Notes: generated by a model from the letters alone, not told the origin. A stretch of DNA of 64,000 bases from Candidatus Poribacteria bacterium (GCA_965205025.1 CBDBFU010000032.1:202571-266570), one strand, 5' to 3'. Counted from the stretch's first letter, positions 41,852 through 55,542 are shown. Numbers and translations are program-made.

Positions 41852-44723
41852 TACAGGAACCTTTGATGGCTCTTTTTCCCAACGACACGTTGGTCCACGT
41901 CCTGAAGATATACTGCAAATGTTGAAGACAATAGGTTATTCTTCAATGAATGCTTTTATTGAGGACGTTGTGCCATCAGATATCCGTACTACATCTCCAT
42001 TAGAATTAGTTGTCGACAAGAGTAAAGATACTTTCTCACTTGGACTATCTGAATTTGAAGCTATTGATGTCTTAAACCAACTTGCTTCCCAAAACAAGGT
42101 TTTCCGTTCCTACATTGGTATGGGATATTACAACTGTTTTGTTCCACCTGTCATACAAAGGAATATCTTGGAAAATCCTGGATGGTATACCCAATATACA
42201 CCGTATCAAGCAGAAATATCGCAGGGTCGATTAGAAGCATTACTAAATTTCCAGACCATGGTTATAGATCTAACAGGTCTGCCCATTGCCAATGCATCTT
42301 TATTGGATGAAGCAACAGCTGCGGCTGAAGCCATGGGAATGTGCTATGCTAATGTACCTAAAGATATTAGTCGTAGTTTTTTCGTATCAGATACATGCCA
42401 TCCCCAGACAATTGCTGTTCTTCAGACACGCGCAGAACCCCTCGGTATTGAACTGGAAATCGGTGATCATCGAGATGTTACTTTTGATAGACCTATCTTA
42501 GGAGCAATAGTACAATATCCTGCTACTGATGGTGCAATATATAATTACAGTCAATTTTCAGAACAGGTACAGGCAGCTGGAGGTCTATTTGTCACTGCTT
42601 CAGATTTATTAGCACTTGTTCTATTAAAACCACCCGGTGAATTCGGTGCGGATATTGTTATTGGTAATTCCCAACGGTTCGGTGTTCCACTCGGTTATGG
42701 TGGTCCCCATGCGGCTTTTCTATCAACACACGAAGAACTAAAACGCAGTATTCCAGGACGGATTGCGGGTGTCTCACAAGATGCAAATGGAGAACCTGCA
42801 ATCAGATTAGCACTTCAGACAAGAGAACAACACATCCGACGCGAAAAAGCTACAAGTAATATATGTACTGCACAAGTACTACTGGCAGTCATGGCGGGAA
42901 TGTATGCTGTATATCACGGTCCTGATGGACTTAGACAAATTGCGGTGCGAGTCCAGAATAATACCTGTATGTTACGGAACGAACTTGAGAAGAAGGGTTA
43001 TCACACTGGAGATGAACCATGTTTTGATACACTTTGTGTAAAGGTAGGAATAAAAGAAACTGAAGAATTACTCAACAATGCTAATGAGAATAAGATTAAT
43101 CTACGGTCGATTGATGCTGAGCATGTAGGGATATCTATAGATGAAACAACTTCTCAATCTGATATTAAGGATTTAATAAATCTTTTTCCAGAAAGAAAGA
43201 ATGAGAAAAGCATAGAAAAATCTATTGAAATTCCTACGGAATTACAACGCAAGTCACCCTATTTAACCCATCCTGTATTTAATACCTATCACTCTGAAAC
43301 CGAAATGTTAAGATACATCAATAGGCTTCAAGGTAAAGATCTCTCTCTTGTAAGTGCTATGATACCCCTCGGTTCCTGTACAATGAAGTTGAACGCAACT
43401 ACAGAGATGGTCCCTGTTACATATAAGGAGTTTGGAGGATTGCATCCTTTTGTTCCCAGTGAACAAGCTCAAGGTTATCATATTTTGTTTGAACAATTGG
43501 AATCATGGTTAGCAGAGATTACTGGCTATGATGCAATTTCACTACAACCAAATGCTGGATCTCAAGGGGAATATGCTGGATTGTTGGTTATACGAAAATA
43601 CCATCAAAGCAGAGGAGATGAAAATAGAGATGTATGTTTAATTCCAACATCCGCACATGGAACTAATCCTGCAAGTGCTGTCATGGCAGGAATGAAGGTG
43701 ACCGTTGTAGCCTGTGATACAGAAGGTAATATAGATATTGTAGATTTACGGGAGAAAGTCGAAGCTAATAAGGACACACTGGCGGCTGCAATGGTAACAT
43801 ATCCTTCCACACATGGGGTATTTGAAGAAGAAATCCGTGAGATATGTAATATCGTTCATCATAATGGTGGTCAGGTATATATGGATGGTGCTAATCTAAA
43901 CGCACTTGTGGGTCTTAGTCGTCCGGCTGACCTTGGAATGGATGTCTGTCATCTGAATTTACACAAAACATTCTGTATCCCACATGGTGGTGGTGGACCA
44001 GGGATGGGACCAATTGGTGTAGCTGAACATCTAACTGATTTCTTACCCAATCACCCAATTGTTGCTGTTGGTGGAGCAAATGGTATTGGACCTGTATCTG
44101 CTGCACCTTGGGGCAGCCCGGGTATACTCCCTATTTCTTGGACATATATTGCTATGATGGGGGCAAAAGGATTGAAAAATGCTACTGAAGTTGCAATTCT
44201 AAATGCAAATTATATTGCAAAACAACTCGAAGCACATTACAAAGTACTTTATACAGGTAAAAACGGTTTAGTCGCACATGAATGTATAATTGATCTCCGT
44301 GAATTTAAAAATACTGGTGGTGTAGAGGTTACCGATATTGCCAAACGTTTGATGGATTATGGTTTTCATGCCCCAACGGTTTCATGGCCAGTTCTCGGAA
44401 CTATGATGATAGAACCAACTGAAAGTGAATCAAAGGCAGAACTTGACAGGTTCTGTTCTGCTATGATCTCTATACGGGAAGAAATAGCCGAAATTGAAAG
44501 TGGAGATGCACCGAAAGATGATAATGTATTGAAAAACGCACCTCATACAGTTGTATCTGTCACGAGAACTGAGTGGAAACACTCTTATACACGGGAAAAA
44601 GCAGCATTCCCACAACCTTGGGTCCGAGAATCGAAATTTTGGCCGCCTGTCGCCCGAATTAATGAAGTACATGGAGATAGAAATCTGATATGTTCATGTC
44701 CACCACTTACTGAATATACATAA
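41844..44723 (+). CDS. gcvP: Glycine dehydrogenase (single-chain P protein)
   Basis: [32 protein letters not shown] and [11 protein letters not shown] Lys. Confidence 0.97.
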   Translation: MPNTGTFDGSFSQRHVGPRPEDILQMLKTIGYSSMNAFIEDVVPSDIRTTSPLELVVDKSKDTFSLGLSEFEAIDVLNQLASQNKVFRSYIGMGYYNCFVPPVIQRNILENPGWYTQYTPYQAEISQGRLEALLNFQTMVIDLTGLPIANASLLDEATAAAEAMGMCYANVPKDISRSFFVSDTCHPQTIAVLQTRAEPLGIELEIGDHRDVTFDRPILGAIVQYPATDGAIYNYSQFSEQVQAAGGLFVTASDLLALVLLKPPGEFGADIVIGNSQRFGVPLGYGGPHAAFLSTHEELKRSIPGRIAGVSQDANGEPAIRLALQTREQHIRREKATSNICTAQVLLAVMAGMYAVYHGPDGLRQIAVRVQNNTCMLRNELEKKGYHTGDEPCFDTLCVKVGIKETEELLNNANENKINLRSIDAEHVGISIDETTSQSDIKDLINLFPERKNEKSIEKSIEIPTELQRKSPYLTHPVFNTYHSETEMLRYINRLQGKDLSLVSAMIPLGSCTMKLNATTEMVPVTYKEFGGLHPFVPSEQAQGYHILFEQLESWLAEITGYDAISLQPNAGSQGEYAGLLVIRKYHQSRGDENRDVCLIPTSAHGTNPASAVMAGMKVTVVACDTEGNIDIVDLREKVEANKDTLAAAMVTYPSTHGVFEEEIREICNIVHHNGGQVYMDGANLNALVGLSRPADLGMDVCHLNLHKTFCIPHGGGGPGMGPIGVAEHLTDFLPNHPIVAVGGANGIGPVSAAPWGSPGILPISWTYIAMMGAKGLKNATEVAILNANYIAKQLEAHYKVLYTGKNGLVAHECIIDLREFKNTGGVEVTDIAKRLMDYGFHAPTVSWPVLGTMMIEPTESESKAELDRFCSAMISIREEIAEIESGDAPKDDNVLKNAPHTVVSVTRTEWKHSYTREKAAFPQPWVRESKFWPPVARINEVHGDRNLICSCPPLTEYT

Positions 44724-44832
44724 CAAAAATTAAGCACTTACCTTAATAGATCACAGTCGAATTTCTGATTTGAATATTATATAGTTTTATATTTCTAAAA
44801 CACTCAAGACAAATAACTGAAAACTATCTTAA

Positions 44833-46206
44833 ATGAAAGCAATAATTATTGGGGCAGGTGAAGTTGGGTTTCATACTGCAAAATTACTTACGATAGATAA
44901 TTACGATGTCGTCCTGATTGATGAATCTGAGGAAGCATGTCAACGAGTGAATGAACAATTAGATATGCAGACAATATGCGGTCCAGGAGCTTCTCCGATT
45001 CTTCTAAATAAAGCTGGAATTACTGATTCTGAATTACTCATTGCCGTTACAAATAATGATGAAATAAATATGCTCGCGTGTCAAATGGCAGACAGATATA
45101 AAGTTGAAACAAAAATCGCACGCGTATCAAATCCACATTACTTTTCTGATGAGAGTGAATTAAAAGCAGAAGAATTTGGTATTGATCTACTTGTGAATCC
45201 AGAGGAATTGTGTGTTGAAGAATTTACAAGACTCCTAAGAACACCTGATGCACGAGAGATTGTTGAATTTGAAGAGGGTAGAATTCAGGTCGCCGCCCTA
45301 AGAATAAAACAGTCAAATCCATTTATTGGAAAATCACTCGCAGAATTGGATAAGGATGGGGTTATATCTGACATTAGATTCGCTGCGATCAAGCGAGGTA
45401 TTGAGAATCATGTGATTATTCCAGATGGTGATGATGTATTCGAACAAGGTGATGAAGTTTTTGTTATCGGTAGTGCATTGGCTATTGAACAGTTGTTTAG
45501 ATTGTTCGGGACAATCTTCAATCCCTATCTTGAGAGAGTAATCATTGTTGGTGCAAGTGCAATTGGTGTTGAACTCGCAAGAACGCTTGAAGAAAATGGA
45601 ACTAATGTGAAACTTATTGAACCAGATGAAAAATTAGCTGATCGTGCATCACAAACTTTAAAAAAGTCAACAGTATTACTCGGAGATTACCTACAATTCC
45701 ATCTATTAGAAGAAGCTGGCGTTGAAGAAGTTGATGGGTTTGTTTCTGTTACCGGCGATGATGAAAATGATATTATGGCATGTATGACAGCAAAAGAACA
45801 TGGTGCAAAGCGCGTACTCACACTAATTCAACAACCACGGTATCTGCCATTACTTGCTCGAATTCAACGTATTGATGGTGCTGTTAGTAGACACCTGACT
45901 GTCGTTAGTAATCTTCTTAAGTTGATACGAAGAGGGGATATAATCTCTGTTGCCTCACTCCATGAAATTGATGCTGAAGTCATTGAGATTGTTGCTGGTG
46001 TAAATGCAAAAATTGCACACAAAGAACTCAGTTCTATGAAACAAAAATTTCCACAAAATGCTTTCATTGGGGCAATCCTTCGACGAGAGAAAATCATCAT
46101 ACCAAATGGTGGAAGTGTAATTCAACCTTCTGATCGTGTTATTGTTTTCAGCATGCCCGATGCAATACCTGATGTGGAAGATATGTTTGCTGAACGTAGG
46201 GTTTAA
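44833..46206 (+). CDS. trkA: Trk potassium uptake NAD-binding protein
   Basis: Two RCK_N/RCK_C pairs (GAGEVG, GASAIG). Confidence 0.93.
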   Translation: MKAIIIGAGEVGFHTAKLLTIDNYDVVLIDESEEACQRVNEQLDMQTICGPGASPILLNKAGITDSELLIAVTNNDEINMLACQMADRYKVETKIARVSNPHYFSDESELKAEEFGIDLLVNPEELCVEEFTRLLRTPDAREIVEFEEGRIQVAALRIKQSNPFIGKSLAELDKDGVISDIRFAAIKRGIENHVIIPDGDDVFEQGDEVFVIGSALAIEQLFRLFGTIFNPYLERVIIVGASAIGVELARTLEENGTNVKLIEPDEKLADRASQTLKKSTVLLGDYLQFHLLEEAGVEEVDGFVSVTGDDENDIMACMTAKEHGAKRVLTLIQQPRYLPLLARIQRIDGAVSRHLTVVSNLLKLIRRGDIISVASLHEIDAEVIEIVAGVNAKIAHKELSSMKQKFPQNAFIGAILRREKIIIPNGGSVIQPSDRVIVFSMPDAIPDVEDMFAERRV

Positions 46207-46278
46207 CATATCCATTAAAATGCTGGTGTTGTACTCATACCTTTCCATTCTAAATTTATCTGATACCATAAAATATCT

Positions 46279-47792
46279 ATGAGTAAAAAGCTCATCTTCC
46301 ATTCACTTGGAAACCTGTTAATTTGCCTTGCTGGTACGATGCTTATCCCTCTTGGTATAGGCATATATTATTTTACAAATCTTAATGAACCAAAAGAGGA
46401 TATGGTTGCCTTTATTTATACCACTATCATTACACTCTGTGTTGGGTTAATCCTCCGTTTTACAATAAAGTCAAAAGGACAGGAGCTTGGTATCCGAGAG
46501 GGATTTGGGATTGTTGCTTTAGGATGGGTGGTAGTCGCACTTTTTGGTTCATTTCCATATCTATTTGCAGGTGTATTTTCATCTGAGAATCGTACACCTT
46601 TATCAGAATTTGCATTCTGTTATTTTGAATCAATGTCCGGCTTTTCTACTACCGGGGCAACAGTTCTTACAGAAAATTGAACATCTATCCCATGCAATAC
46701 TATTTTGGAGAAGCTTCAGCCACTGGCTTGGAGGAATGGGAATTGTTGTACTCGCAGTCGCTATCCTTCCAATGCTCGGTGTTGGTGGCATGCAGCTTTT
46801 TCGTGCAGAAGCACCAGGACCACAAACAGACCGATTAACTCCACGTATTACCCAAACCGCTAAATTACTTTGGGGAGTCTATATACTTCTATCCTTGTTA
46901 GAAATTATACTACTCTGGTTAGGAGGAATGACACTCTTTGATTCACTTTGCCATACCTTCGGAACTATGGCAACTGGGGGATTCTCAACAAAAAACACAA
47001 GTATTTCTCATTACAATAGTATATATATTGAGACTGTTATAATAGTCTTTATGTTCATAGCAGGGACAAATTTCGCATTACATTACCGAGCACTTCGTGG
47101 AAATGTTATTAGTTATTTTAAAGACACAGAATTTCGTTTCTATTGTTGTGTTATCATAATAAGTATTACTCTTGTAACTTGGAACATTGTTAAGTTTAAG
47201 AATAATGATGGATCAATTCCATTTGATTCAGTTTGGGATGCACTACGTTATGCCTCTTTTCAAGTTCTATCAATTACAACTACCACCCCGGATATGGTAC
47301 TGCAGATTTTGAAATGTGGCCATATTTATCTCAATTTATTCTAATTACCTTAATGTTCTATGGTGGTTGTGCTGGTTCAACTGGTGGAGGGATGAAACAA
47401 CTTCGTTTTCTACTTCTGATTAAACAGAGTGGAGCAGAAATTAAACGTCTCATTTTTCCACATGCTGTCCTTCCTGTACGAGTAAATGAAAGAATCGTTC
47501 CATCTGAAGTACTCACACAATGTGTTAGGTTTCTTCTTCTTTTTCATCGGTATATTTGCAAATTGTCACCTGCATTATGTCTACATTAGGATTAGATTTG
47601 TTAACAGCAGCAAGTTGTACTATTGCAACTATGGGAAACATAGGTCCCGGACTTGGTGATGTCGGTCCTATAGATAATTATGCACATATTGCAACTGCAG
47701 GAAAGTTTATACTTACATTCTGTATGCTATTAGGAAGATTGGAAATTTATACTGTTTTAATCCTTTTTTCACCAAGTTTCTGGAAAAAGTAA
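46279..47792 (+). CDS. trkH: TrkH potassium uptake membrane protein, about 4 frameshifts (probable errors)
   Basis: FESMSGFSTTGATV, TMATGGFS, GGCAGSTGGG, GNIGPG and GRLEI spread over shifted frames (breaks near 46675, 47287, 47515, 47560). Confidence 0.9.
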
Positions 47793-47793
47793 T

Positions 47794-48434
47794 ATGAATA
47801 CTGAAAAATATCGTAGAGAATATAATCCACATGGTGGATTAACTGAAGATAAAGTAGCTAAAGATCCATTTGAACAATTCGAACAGTGGTTTAATGATGC
47901 CACAGATGCTGGAATTGATTTGCCTGATGCTATGACGCTAGCTACTGCAACAGTAGATGGAATTCCATCTGCCCGTATGGTTGTACTTCGCGGATTTGAC
48001 AACGACGGTTTCTATTTCTATACTGACTATGACAGTCAGAAAGGTAAAGAGTTGTCTGAAAATCCACATGCTGCCACTGTCTTTTATTGGCGGGGAATTG
48101 GACCGTCAAGTACGGATTACTGGTATGGTTGAAAAAATGTCTACTACTGAGTCTGATGCCTATTTTGCAAGTCGTCCTACCAGCAGTCAACTTGCAGTAT
48201 GGACAGAACGACAAAGCAATACAGATTTCTGGACGTGAACACCTTATTGAGAATTATAAGAGGGTAGAACAGAATTATACAGATAAAGATATACCTAGAC
48301 CACCACACTGGGGAGGTTATAGACTTATACCTGACATGTTTGAATTTTGGCAGGGATCACCAAGTCGCTTACATGATCGGTTATGTTATAGATTCGTAGA
48401 AGATAATTGGATAATCACTCGAATTTCTCCGTAA
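47794..48434 (+). CDS. pdxH: Pyridoxine/pyridoxamine 5'-phosphate oxidase, 2 frameshifts
   Basis: AMTLAT, PSARMVV, RQVRITG and WGGYRL...EFWQG..SRLHDR across three frames. Confidence 0.9.
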
Positions 48435-48482
48435 CAGTATCTTAATATAAATTGTGATTATTGAATATTTTCTGAAAAATAC

Positions 48483-48510
48483 TTGACACTTTAATAAAAA
48501 TATGTAAAAT
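48483..48510 (+). promoter_or_regulatory. Putative sigma70 promoter of nuo cluster 2
   Basis: TTGACA-N16-TAAAAT about 145 bp upstream of nuoA. Confidence 0.5.
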
Positions 48511-48654
48511 AATTGAGTAGTGTCTAATTTTCATTGAAGATAAAACACAAAACGATATTTACTATTGCAGAAGCCAGAAATTTGAGTAGAATATAAGTCT
48601 TATCTAAAGTAATATATCTGTGTGCTGCTGGAGGCTTAGAATAGATATAAGTTT

Positions 48655-49023
48655 ATGCTACAAGATTATCTTCCTATAGTATTTTTAGGGATATTTGCTG
48701 TCCTATTTGCAGCTATAAATCTCGGACTTACCCATCTTCTTGGACCAAAACGCCCCAACCGTGTAAAACTTTCAGTTTATGAATCTGGAGTACAACCGAT
48801 AGGTGATGCAAGACAAAGATTCACTATTCGGTTTGACCTTATTGCTATGCTCTTTATCATCTTTGATATTGAGGTAGTCTTTCTATATCCATGGGCAGTT
48901 ATTTTTAAAAAGATGTCTCAATCTGATGGAATGTTTATATTAATTGAGATGCTGGTGTTTATCGGTATTCTACTTCTGGGTTACATTTACGCTTGGAAAA
49001 AAGGAGGCTTGACATGGGATTAG
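48655..49023 (+). CDS. nuoA: NADH-quinone oxidoreductase subunit A (cluster 2)
   Basis: YESG and [16 protein letters not shown]. Confidence 0.95.
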   Translation: MLQDYLPIVFLGIFAVLFAAINLGLTHLLGPKRPNRVKLSVYESGVQPIGDARQRFTIRFDLIAMLFIIFDIEVVFLYPWAVIFKKMSQSDGMFILIEMLVFIGILLLGYIYAWKKGGLTWD

Positions 49024-49535
49024 CCAATAACAATATACAAAGTGGAGCAAGCACTGAACAATCTGATGGTAATATCATCACGACAACCATTGATAAGGTT
49101 GTCAATTGGGGACGGAAGAATTCATTGTGGCCAATGCCTTTTGGCACGGCTTGTTGTGCAATTGAGATGATGGCTACTTTGGCTTCCAAATATGATCTTT
49201 CTCGTTTTGGATCTGAGGCAATTCGTTTCTCACCTCGACAATCAGATCTACTCATCGTTTCTGGACGAATTTCTATAAAAATGATGCCGGTACTCAAACG
49301 TATCTATGATCAAATGCCGGACCCAAAATGGGTTATTTCTATGGGGGCATGTGCATCTTGCGGAGGAGTATTTGATACCTATACATTAATTCAAGGGGTT
49401 GACCAATTCCTACCTGTTGATGTTTATATTCCCGGATGTCCACCACGACCAGAAGATTTAATTGATGCAGTAATGCAAGTTCAACGACAAATACAAAAAG
49501 GCGAATTACCCAAAGGTGTTGAGGCTGCGCCATGA
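49014..49535 (+). CDS. nuoB: NADH-quinone oxidoreductase subunit B (cluster 2)
   Basis: [18 protein letters not shown] and PGCPPRPE. Confidence 0.96.
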   Translation: MGLANNNIQSGASTEQSDGNIITTTIDKVVNWGRKNSLWPMPFGTACCAIEMMATLASKYDLSRFGSEAIRFSPRQSDLLIVSGRISIKMMPVLKRIYDQMPDPKWVISMGACASCGGVFDTYTLIQGVDQFLPVDVYIPGCPPRPEDLIDAVMQVQRQIQKGELPKGVEAAP

Positions 49536-50076
49536 CAGAAGAAAAAGAAATAACGGAAGAAACTATCCCATTAGTAATACAGCAACTAAGAGAAAAGTTC
49601 AGTGATGGACTACTGTCTGATGCTGAAGACAAAAATGGTGTTGTCGTTGTTGTCAGCAAAGACAATTTATATCCTCTTTTAGAATATCTGAAAACGGATC
49701 TTGCTTATTCCATGTTGGTTGATATAACAGCAGTTGATAATTCCAACTTAGAAGAGGAATTAATGAAGTACGATTATGCAAGATTCATGGTCGTCTATCA
49801 CCTATATACTTTTGAAGGTGAAACACCACGTATACGTGTTAAAGTGCCTGTCAATGATCAAGATTTAAATGTTCCTTCGCTCGTAAACTTATGGAAAGGT
49901 GCAAACTGGTTAGAAAGAGAAACTTATGATATGTTTGGAATTGAGTTTGAAGGACATCCTAATTTAACCCGAATACTTATGCCAGATGAGTTTGAGGACA
50001 TCCACTCCGTAAAGATTATCCGTTACGAGGACGCGGAGAACGAGAACGTTTCAATTTTGACAAACAGAATGCATAA
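49532..50076 (+). CDS. nuoC: NADH-quinone oxidoreductase subunit C (cluster 2), frameshift near 49995
   Basis: [20 protein letters not shown]; [12 protein letters not shown] continues in a shifted frame to TAA at 50076. Confidence 0.92.
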
Positions 50077-50101
50077 TGCAACATTAAGTTGGAGAAATTA
50101 A

Positions 50102-50669
50102 ATGAATAAGACTGTTTTTATGCACTACATCTATGCTGCATGCCTACTATTTGCTGTTTCTCTTCTATTAACAGGTTGTGAAGTGGTAGAGAAAACAATC
50201 ATTCTATCCGGTCCATCAAAGAAAGCAATTGCGGTCATTAATTCAGCGAGTGGAAGTGCACTAACAGGTATGGCGACTTTCACACAAATAGGGGAGACCG
50301 TCATGTTTCAAAATTGAGATAAAGAACGTTTCCCCTGGACTGCATGCTGTTCACATTCACGAAAACGGGGATTGTAGTTCACCTGATGGGAAATCGGCAG
50401 GTGGTCATTGGAATCCTACTAACGTTGCACATGGGAAATGGGGAGAAGGAGAATTCCATCTTGGAGACATTGGTAATATAGATGTTGGAGAAGATGGAAT
50501 AGGTGTTACTGAATTAAGTACAGAACTATGGGAAATTGGTACCGGATCTATTTATGATGTTGTTGGAAAAGGTTTAATCGTCCATGCTGATCCTGACGAT
50601 TTCACTTCTCAACCATCCGGAAATGCCGGGGCACGGATTGGGTGTGGCGTTATTGAATTGGTTGAATAA
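50102..50669 (+). CDS. sodC: Cu/Zn superoxide dismutase lipoprotein, frameshift near 50312
   Basis: Lipobox LTGC; the shifted frame reads HAVHIHENGDC, SAGGHWNP, HGKW, HLGDIGNI, IVHADPDD and GNAGARIGCGVI; mostly missed by the ORF track. Confidence 0.9.
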
Positions 50670-50863
50670 TTGTCACCTAAAAGCCAATCTATTACAATAG
50701 ACTCAATATCTGTGTATCCAAAAATGTAAACTATAGACTTACGATGCAGAAATTTGAATATGAGCTTTTTCTCTTAAAAACTGTTTCTCTTCATTTGGCA
50801 AATTAGGTAGATATATTTTCAATATGTTTGGCTTTATGATAAGTAACTAAAGAATTACATTAC

Positions 50864-52964
50864 ATGAAAAAGTATAGGTTTCTTCTACTTATCTTCACAA
50901 TTTCCACTTTCCAAATTTTCGGACAGGCAACAGCGGCAGACCTAACGAAATGGAATTTGCCTGACGGGGCGTTTGCGCGTATTGGTAAAGGTATCGTAAC
51001 AGATATCGCCTATTCACCAGATGGAAAGCATTTGGCTGTCGCTACTTACATTGGAGTTTGGATATATGACCCACATACTGGCACTGAAAAGCACTTCTCA
51101 CAGTTAACACGGGAAATGTGACATGGGAAGTTGTCTATAGTCCTGATGGACAAACACTGGCTGTACTTCAAAGAGATTTATTATTATGGGATACTCAAAC
51201 ATACACTCTTAAAGGAACATTGAAAGGACACAGCCACTCGGTCACAGATGTTGTTTTTAGTCCTAATGGAAAGACTATCGCAATCGCGGATATGGATCAA
51301 ACGACACAACTGTGGGATTTAGAGACCATGACTCTCAAGTATACACTTGAAGGCAGCACTTGTGATTACAACCAATGAAGGCATGGTCATGTTCAGTGTA
51401 GCTTTTGATCCTATCGGAGATATGGTCGCTATTGCATCTGAGGACGGGACTATTCGTCTATGGGATACAGCAACAGGGATACTTAAACAAACGCTTATTG
51501 GTTACTTCGGTTTTGGAGATAGTTTTTCTTTTAGTCAGGATGGAAAAACAATTGCAACTGAAAGTTTCAGCAACGCATTATTGCTATGGGATACAACAAC
51601 AGGGAGAATTAAATCTACATTTAGAACTTTCACCAAAGGACCTGTTGTCTATAGTCCAGATGGAAATAAAATTGCTACTATCAGAGGTTCCTACATCATA
51701 CTATGGGATGCAGTAACAGGTCAAATGCAAGGGATACTTGAAACAGGGACCGGTTAGAAGTTTCTTGTTTAGTCCAGATGGAAATAATGTTGCAATTGTC
51801 AAGAAGAAAGGAACTAACATCCAGAGCATTTCTCTATGGAATACTGCAGGGAATAAACCCTACGAATTTACTCCTATAGAAGAATGCGGGAATTCTTTAT
51901 ACTCAGATATCCCAGTGCCTGCAGGTAACCATAAATACACTTTTGGAGATGCTAATTGGTCGGTGGAAGGTATGACTTTTAGTCCAGATGGACATACATT
52001 TGCCATGGTGAATCCAGAAGGCAATGTCCAGTTGTGGGAATACTGAAACAGGAGAACTCAGACATACTCTTAAACACAACAGTTCTGTTGTAGATGTATC
52101 GTTCAGCAAATTTTCTAATTTCAACGATAGAGCTAATAGAAACGATAATCTCATTACAGTGCATACCAACAAAAATATCCGAATATGGAATACAAACACA
52201 CAGGTATGCAAACACATTTTTGAACTTACAAAACACTCTGCAGATATTGAAAGTGTCACCTATAGTCCAGACGGTAATACCCTTGCAACAGCAAGTTTAG
52301 ATGCACTTTGCATTTTTGGGAAATCCCATCCGGAATGTTTAAAGGAACATTAGGAGAACATCGTGAGTTATTGATGGGACCGTTTAGTCCTGATGGAAAG
52401 ACATTAGCTATACGTGAAGGTGAGAAATTGAAGATTTTTGAAATTACCACAATGAGCTTAAAAAATGAATTCAACGCCGTAGACTATGTACGTTGTATAG
52501 ATTATAGTCCTGATGGAAAGACAATTGCTATTGGAATGCAAATGTATAGCATAGTGGAGTTGTGGAAGACAACTGGTGAGAAGATAGATAGAATCAAATG
52601 CGACTATCAGTTAAGAAATGTAACATTTAGTCCTGATGGTAATACACTTGCTATAGGATTGAGTTACAATACATTACTATACGATGCAAAAACACTGACA
52701 CGAAAGAATACTATTAAGGAAGACGGGACAATCCTCAAATTTAGTGGGGATGGTAAGATACTCGCTAATGGTGGCTCAAATGGGAGAATATTACTCTCAG
52801 ATACCGAAACTGGGAAAGAAAAATATAGTCTCACAGGACACGTTGGCACTGTAACCAGTATCGCGTTTTGTTCGGATAACAATACTGTTGCGACAGCAGG
52901 CGAAGATGGAAACTGTGCAATTATGGAACCTTACATCACAAGACTATATAACGAAATAAATTAG
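50864..52964 (+). pseudogene. Secreted WD40-repeat protein, fragmented by at least 5 frameshifts (errors or decay)
   Basis: Signal peptide, LPDGAFARIGKG, and successive FSPDG/YSPDG...LWD repeats in alternating frames. Confidence 0.75.
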
Positions 52965-53656
52965 TTCAAATAACTTTAGGATTCAAAAAAACTGTTTTAT
53001 TCAACACTCTCCTTCTTCTCACCATTGTCTAATTACTTACAACATTCAGACACGAATTTTTCTTTCACGATGATGTTCACCCAGATGGTATTGTCAATAT
53101 ACAGTACTTGGAATTTTTGCAAGCTACATTTGGACCGAGTGGAGATCAGATCACCGATGTCATAACAGTGAGAATGTTTAGACATTGTATCTCATTCATG
53201 TCCCCATTCAAATCGGTAGTACAGTGAATGAAGACAAATCAACCTATCTATACAGATGAGGTACGATAAAAAGTATGATATGGGATAACACACAATGGAT
53301 CAGTTCAATCTCTCTATAAGACTTACCATAAAATTTGGTCGCTGTTTTGCAAAAACTTATATCAACTTTGATAAAATACCGATCTGATATGGTGTTACCT
53401 ATATGATTAAAATGTCAATAATAATCAGATTTTATAATTTGTCAATAACATCTATCTAAATATGAAGATGCAAAAAGTATTTTGCGATTTAAGAAATCCT
53501 CTTCTTGACATTTTTCAGATATTATAGTACCTGCATTTCTTACGCACTTTTTATTGATGGTCTGATTAAGATGCCTTAAACATGAAATGTGTTTTATTCT
53601 GACTGAAATTAAAGTAAGACGGAAAACGTAAGACAATTTTGAAAAGGGAGAAATTT

Positions 53657-54858
53657 ATGCAAGGTGGGATAGAACAGTCCATGGGTGAAAAGATGGTTCT
53701 GAGGTTTTGGACCACAGCACCCAGCAACCCCACGGAACCCTTCGCATCGTTTTAGAACTTGATGGTGAATCCATTGTAAAGGCGACACCCCATGCGGGTT
53801 ATTTACATACAGGGTTTGAAAAACTTGGTGAAAATTTAGATTATAACCAGTTCATCGTTGTTACAGACAGGATGAATTATCTTTCACCATTATCCAATAA
53901 TTTCGGTTATGTACTTGCTGTTGAACAATTACTTGACATAGAAATACCAAAACGGTGCCAATATATCCGCATATTGATGGCTGAACTCTCAAGAATGGCT
54001 GACCATCTTCTGTGGCTTGGAACTGCTGCATTGGATTTAGGGGCATTTTCTGTATTCCTTTACAGTTTCCGAGAACGCGAAAAACTTTATAGTATCTTTG
54101 AAAAAACCACCGGCGCACGGTTGACCACAAGTTATACACGTGTAGGCGGTGTTTTTCGCGATCTGTATGATGGATTTGAATCCGATGTGCGAGACTTCAT
54201 CTCGAATTTCCCTAAAGCATTAAAAGAAACACACACATTATTAACACGAAACCGTATTTGGATGGATCGAACGAAAGGTGTTGGCGTAATCTCTCCTGAA
54301 GATGCAATCAATTATGGTGTAACAGGACCTTGCCTAAGAGCAACCGGTGTAGCTCATGATATACGTAAAGCTGAACCTTACTCTTCTTATGATGAGATGA
54401 AATTTGAAGTGCCAGTTGGAACTAATGGTGATGTATATGACCGTTATTTAGTCCGAATGGAAGAGATGATCCAAAGTGCTGGAATTGTTACGCAAGCTTT
54501 AGATAACCTACCTGATGGTCCATTTAGTGCTGAGGATAACAAGATTACAATGCCACATAAGTCTGATGCTTATGGACATATAGAAGGATTAATACATCAC
54601 TTCAAGGTTGTAATGGATGGGCATGGTGTAGTAACGCCAGCAGGTGATAGTTATTGTGCCACCGAATCTCCAAACGGAGAGTTAGGTTTTTACATCGTTA
54701 GTGATGGTAGTGGTACAGCATACCGTATCAGAATTCGTCCTCCAAGTTTCTTTCACTTCCAAGCACTACCGCACATGGTTAGAAGGCGTGGCATGGTATC
54801 GGACACGGTGGCTGTATTGGGGAGTTTGAACGTGATTGCAGGGGAATTAGATAGATAA
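53657..54858 (+). CDS. nuoD: NADH-quinone oxidoreductase subunit D (cluster 2), indels in the N-terminus
   Basis: ATG 53657 after GGGAG; GPQHPATHG recoverable by removing extra bases; GYLHTGFEK, ESPNGELG and AGELDR. Confidence 0.93.
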
Positions 54859-54925
54859 TAAAACACTTATCAATTAGAATTTGGATCGTCCCTATAAATG
54901 GTATTGATATGATAGAGGAATAGAT

Positions 54926-55283
54926 ATGTCAGAAATAAAAGTCACCCTTGGCGGTGTCATGCTTTTTGTAAAAGATATGAAAAATGTCATTGCGTTTTAT
55001 AGAGATGTAATCGGATTGACTACCTGAGGAGAATCAAGAATTTCCAGAACATCGTTTTTTCAGGTTTGATACAGGTAGTGCAAAACTGTGTCTCCATAGT
55101 GCAAGTAAACCTAATGAGGGTAGACAGAAACTTATGCTTGAGGTTGAAAGTGTGAATGCAATGCACCAACATTTAAAGTCAAAAGGGTTACGGTTGAGAC
55201 CTTTGGAAAATGATAATGGTTATGGGATTTTTGATATTCGAGATCCTGAGAAAAACCGAATTCAGTTTGTAGGGAAGTATTAG
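54926..55283 (+). CDS. VOC/glyoxalase family protein, frameshift near 55022
   Basis: Read directly: VMLFVKDMKNVIAFYRDVIGL...LCLH...FDIRDPEKNRIQF; not in the ORF track. Confidence 0.78.
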
Positions 55284-55336
55284 TCTTCATCTTCCAATAT
55301 ATACAATTAATGTATATTTAAGGAGTTTACCAACAA

Positions 55337-55542
55337 ATGAAGTTGAAAGTCGTTATTCACAATGCTGAGGAAGGTGGTTATTGGGCAAAAGTTCCATCAA
55401 TTGTCGGTTGTGCGACACAAGGCGACTCATTTGAAGAATTACTTGAAAACATTTATGAAGCAATTGAAGGATGTTTATCAGTTGATGTAGAATCACTTGA
55501 AATCTCAGAGAATGATAGATGGTGATGGAGATTGCTGTTTGA
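55337..55542 (+). CDS. hicB: HicB-family antitoxin (short, no DNA-binding domain)
   Basis: EEGGYWAKVPSIVGCATQGDSFEELLENIYEAIEGCL; a shifted tail VMEIAV ends in a TGA overlapping the hicA TTG. Confidence 0.85.

Noticed and set aside
48451-48470. Possible Rex operator upstream of nuo cluster 2
   Set aside because: TTGTGA half-site is present but the matching TCACAA half is not
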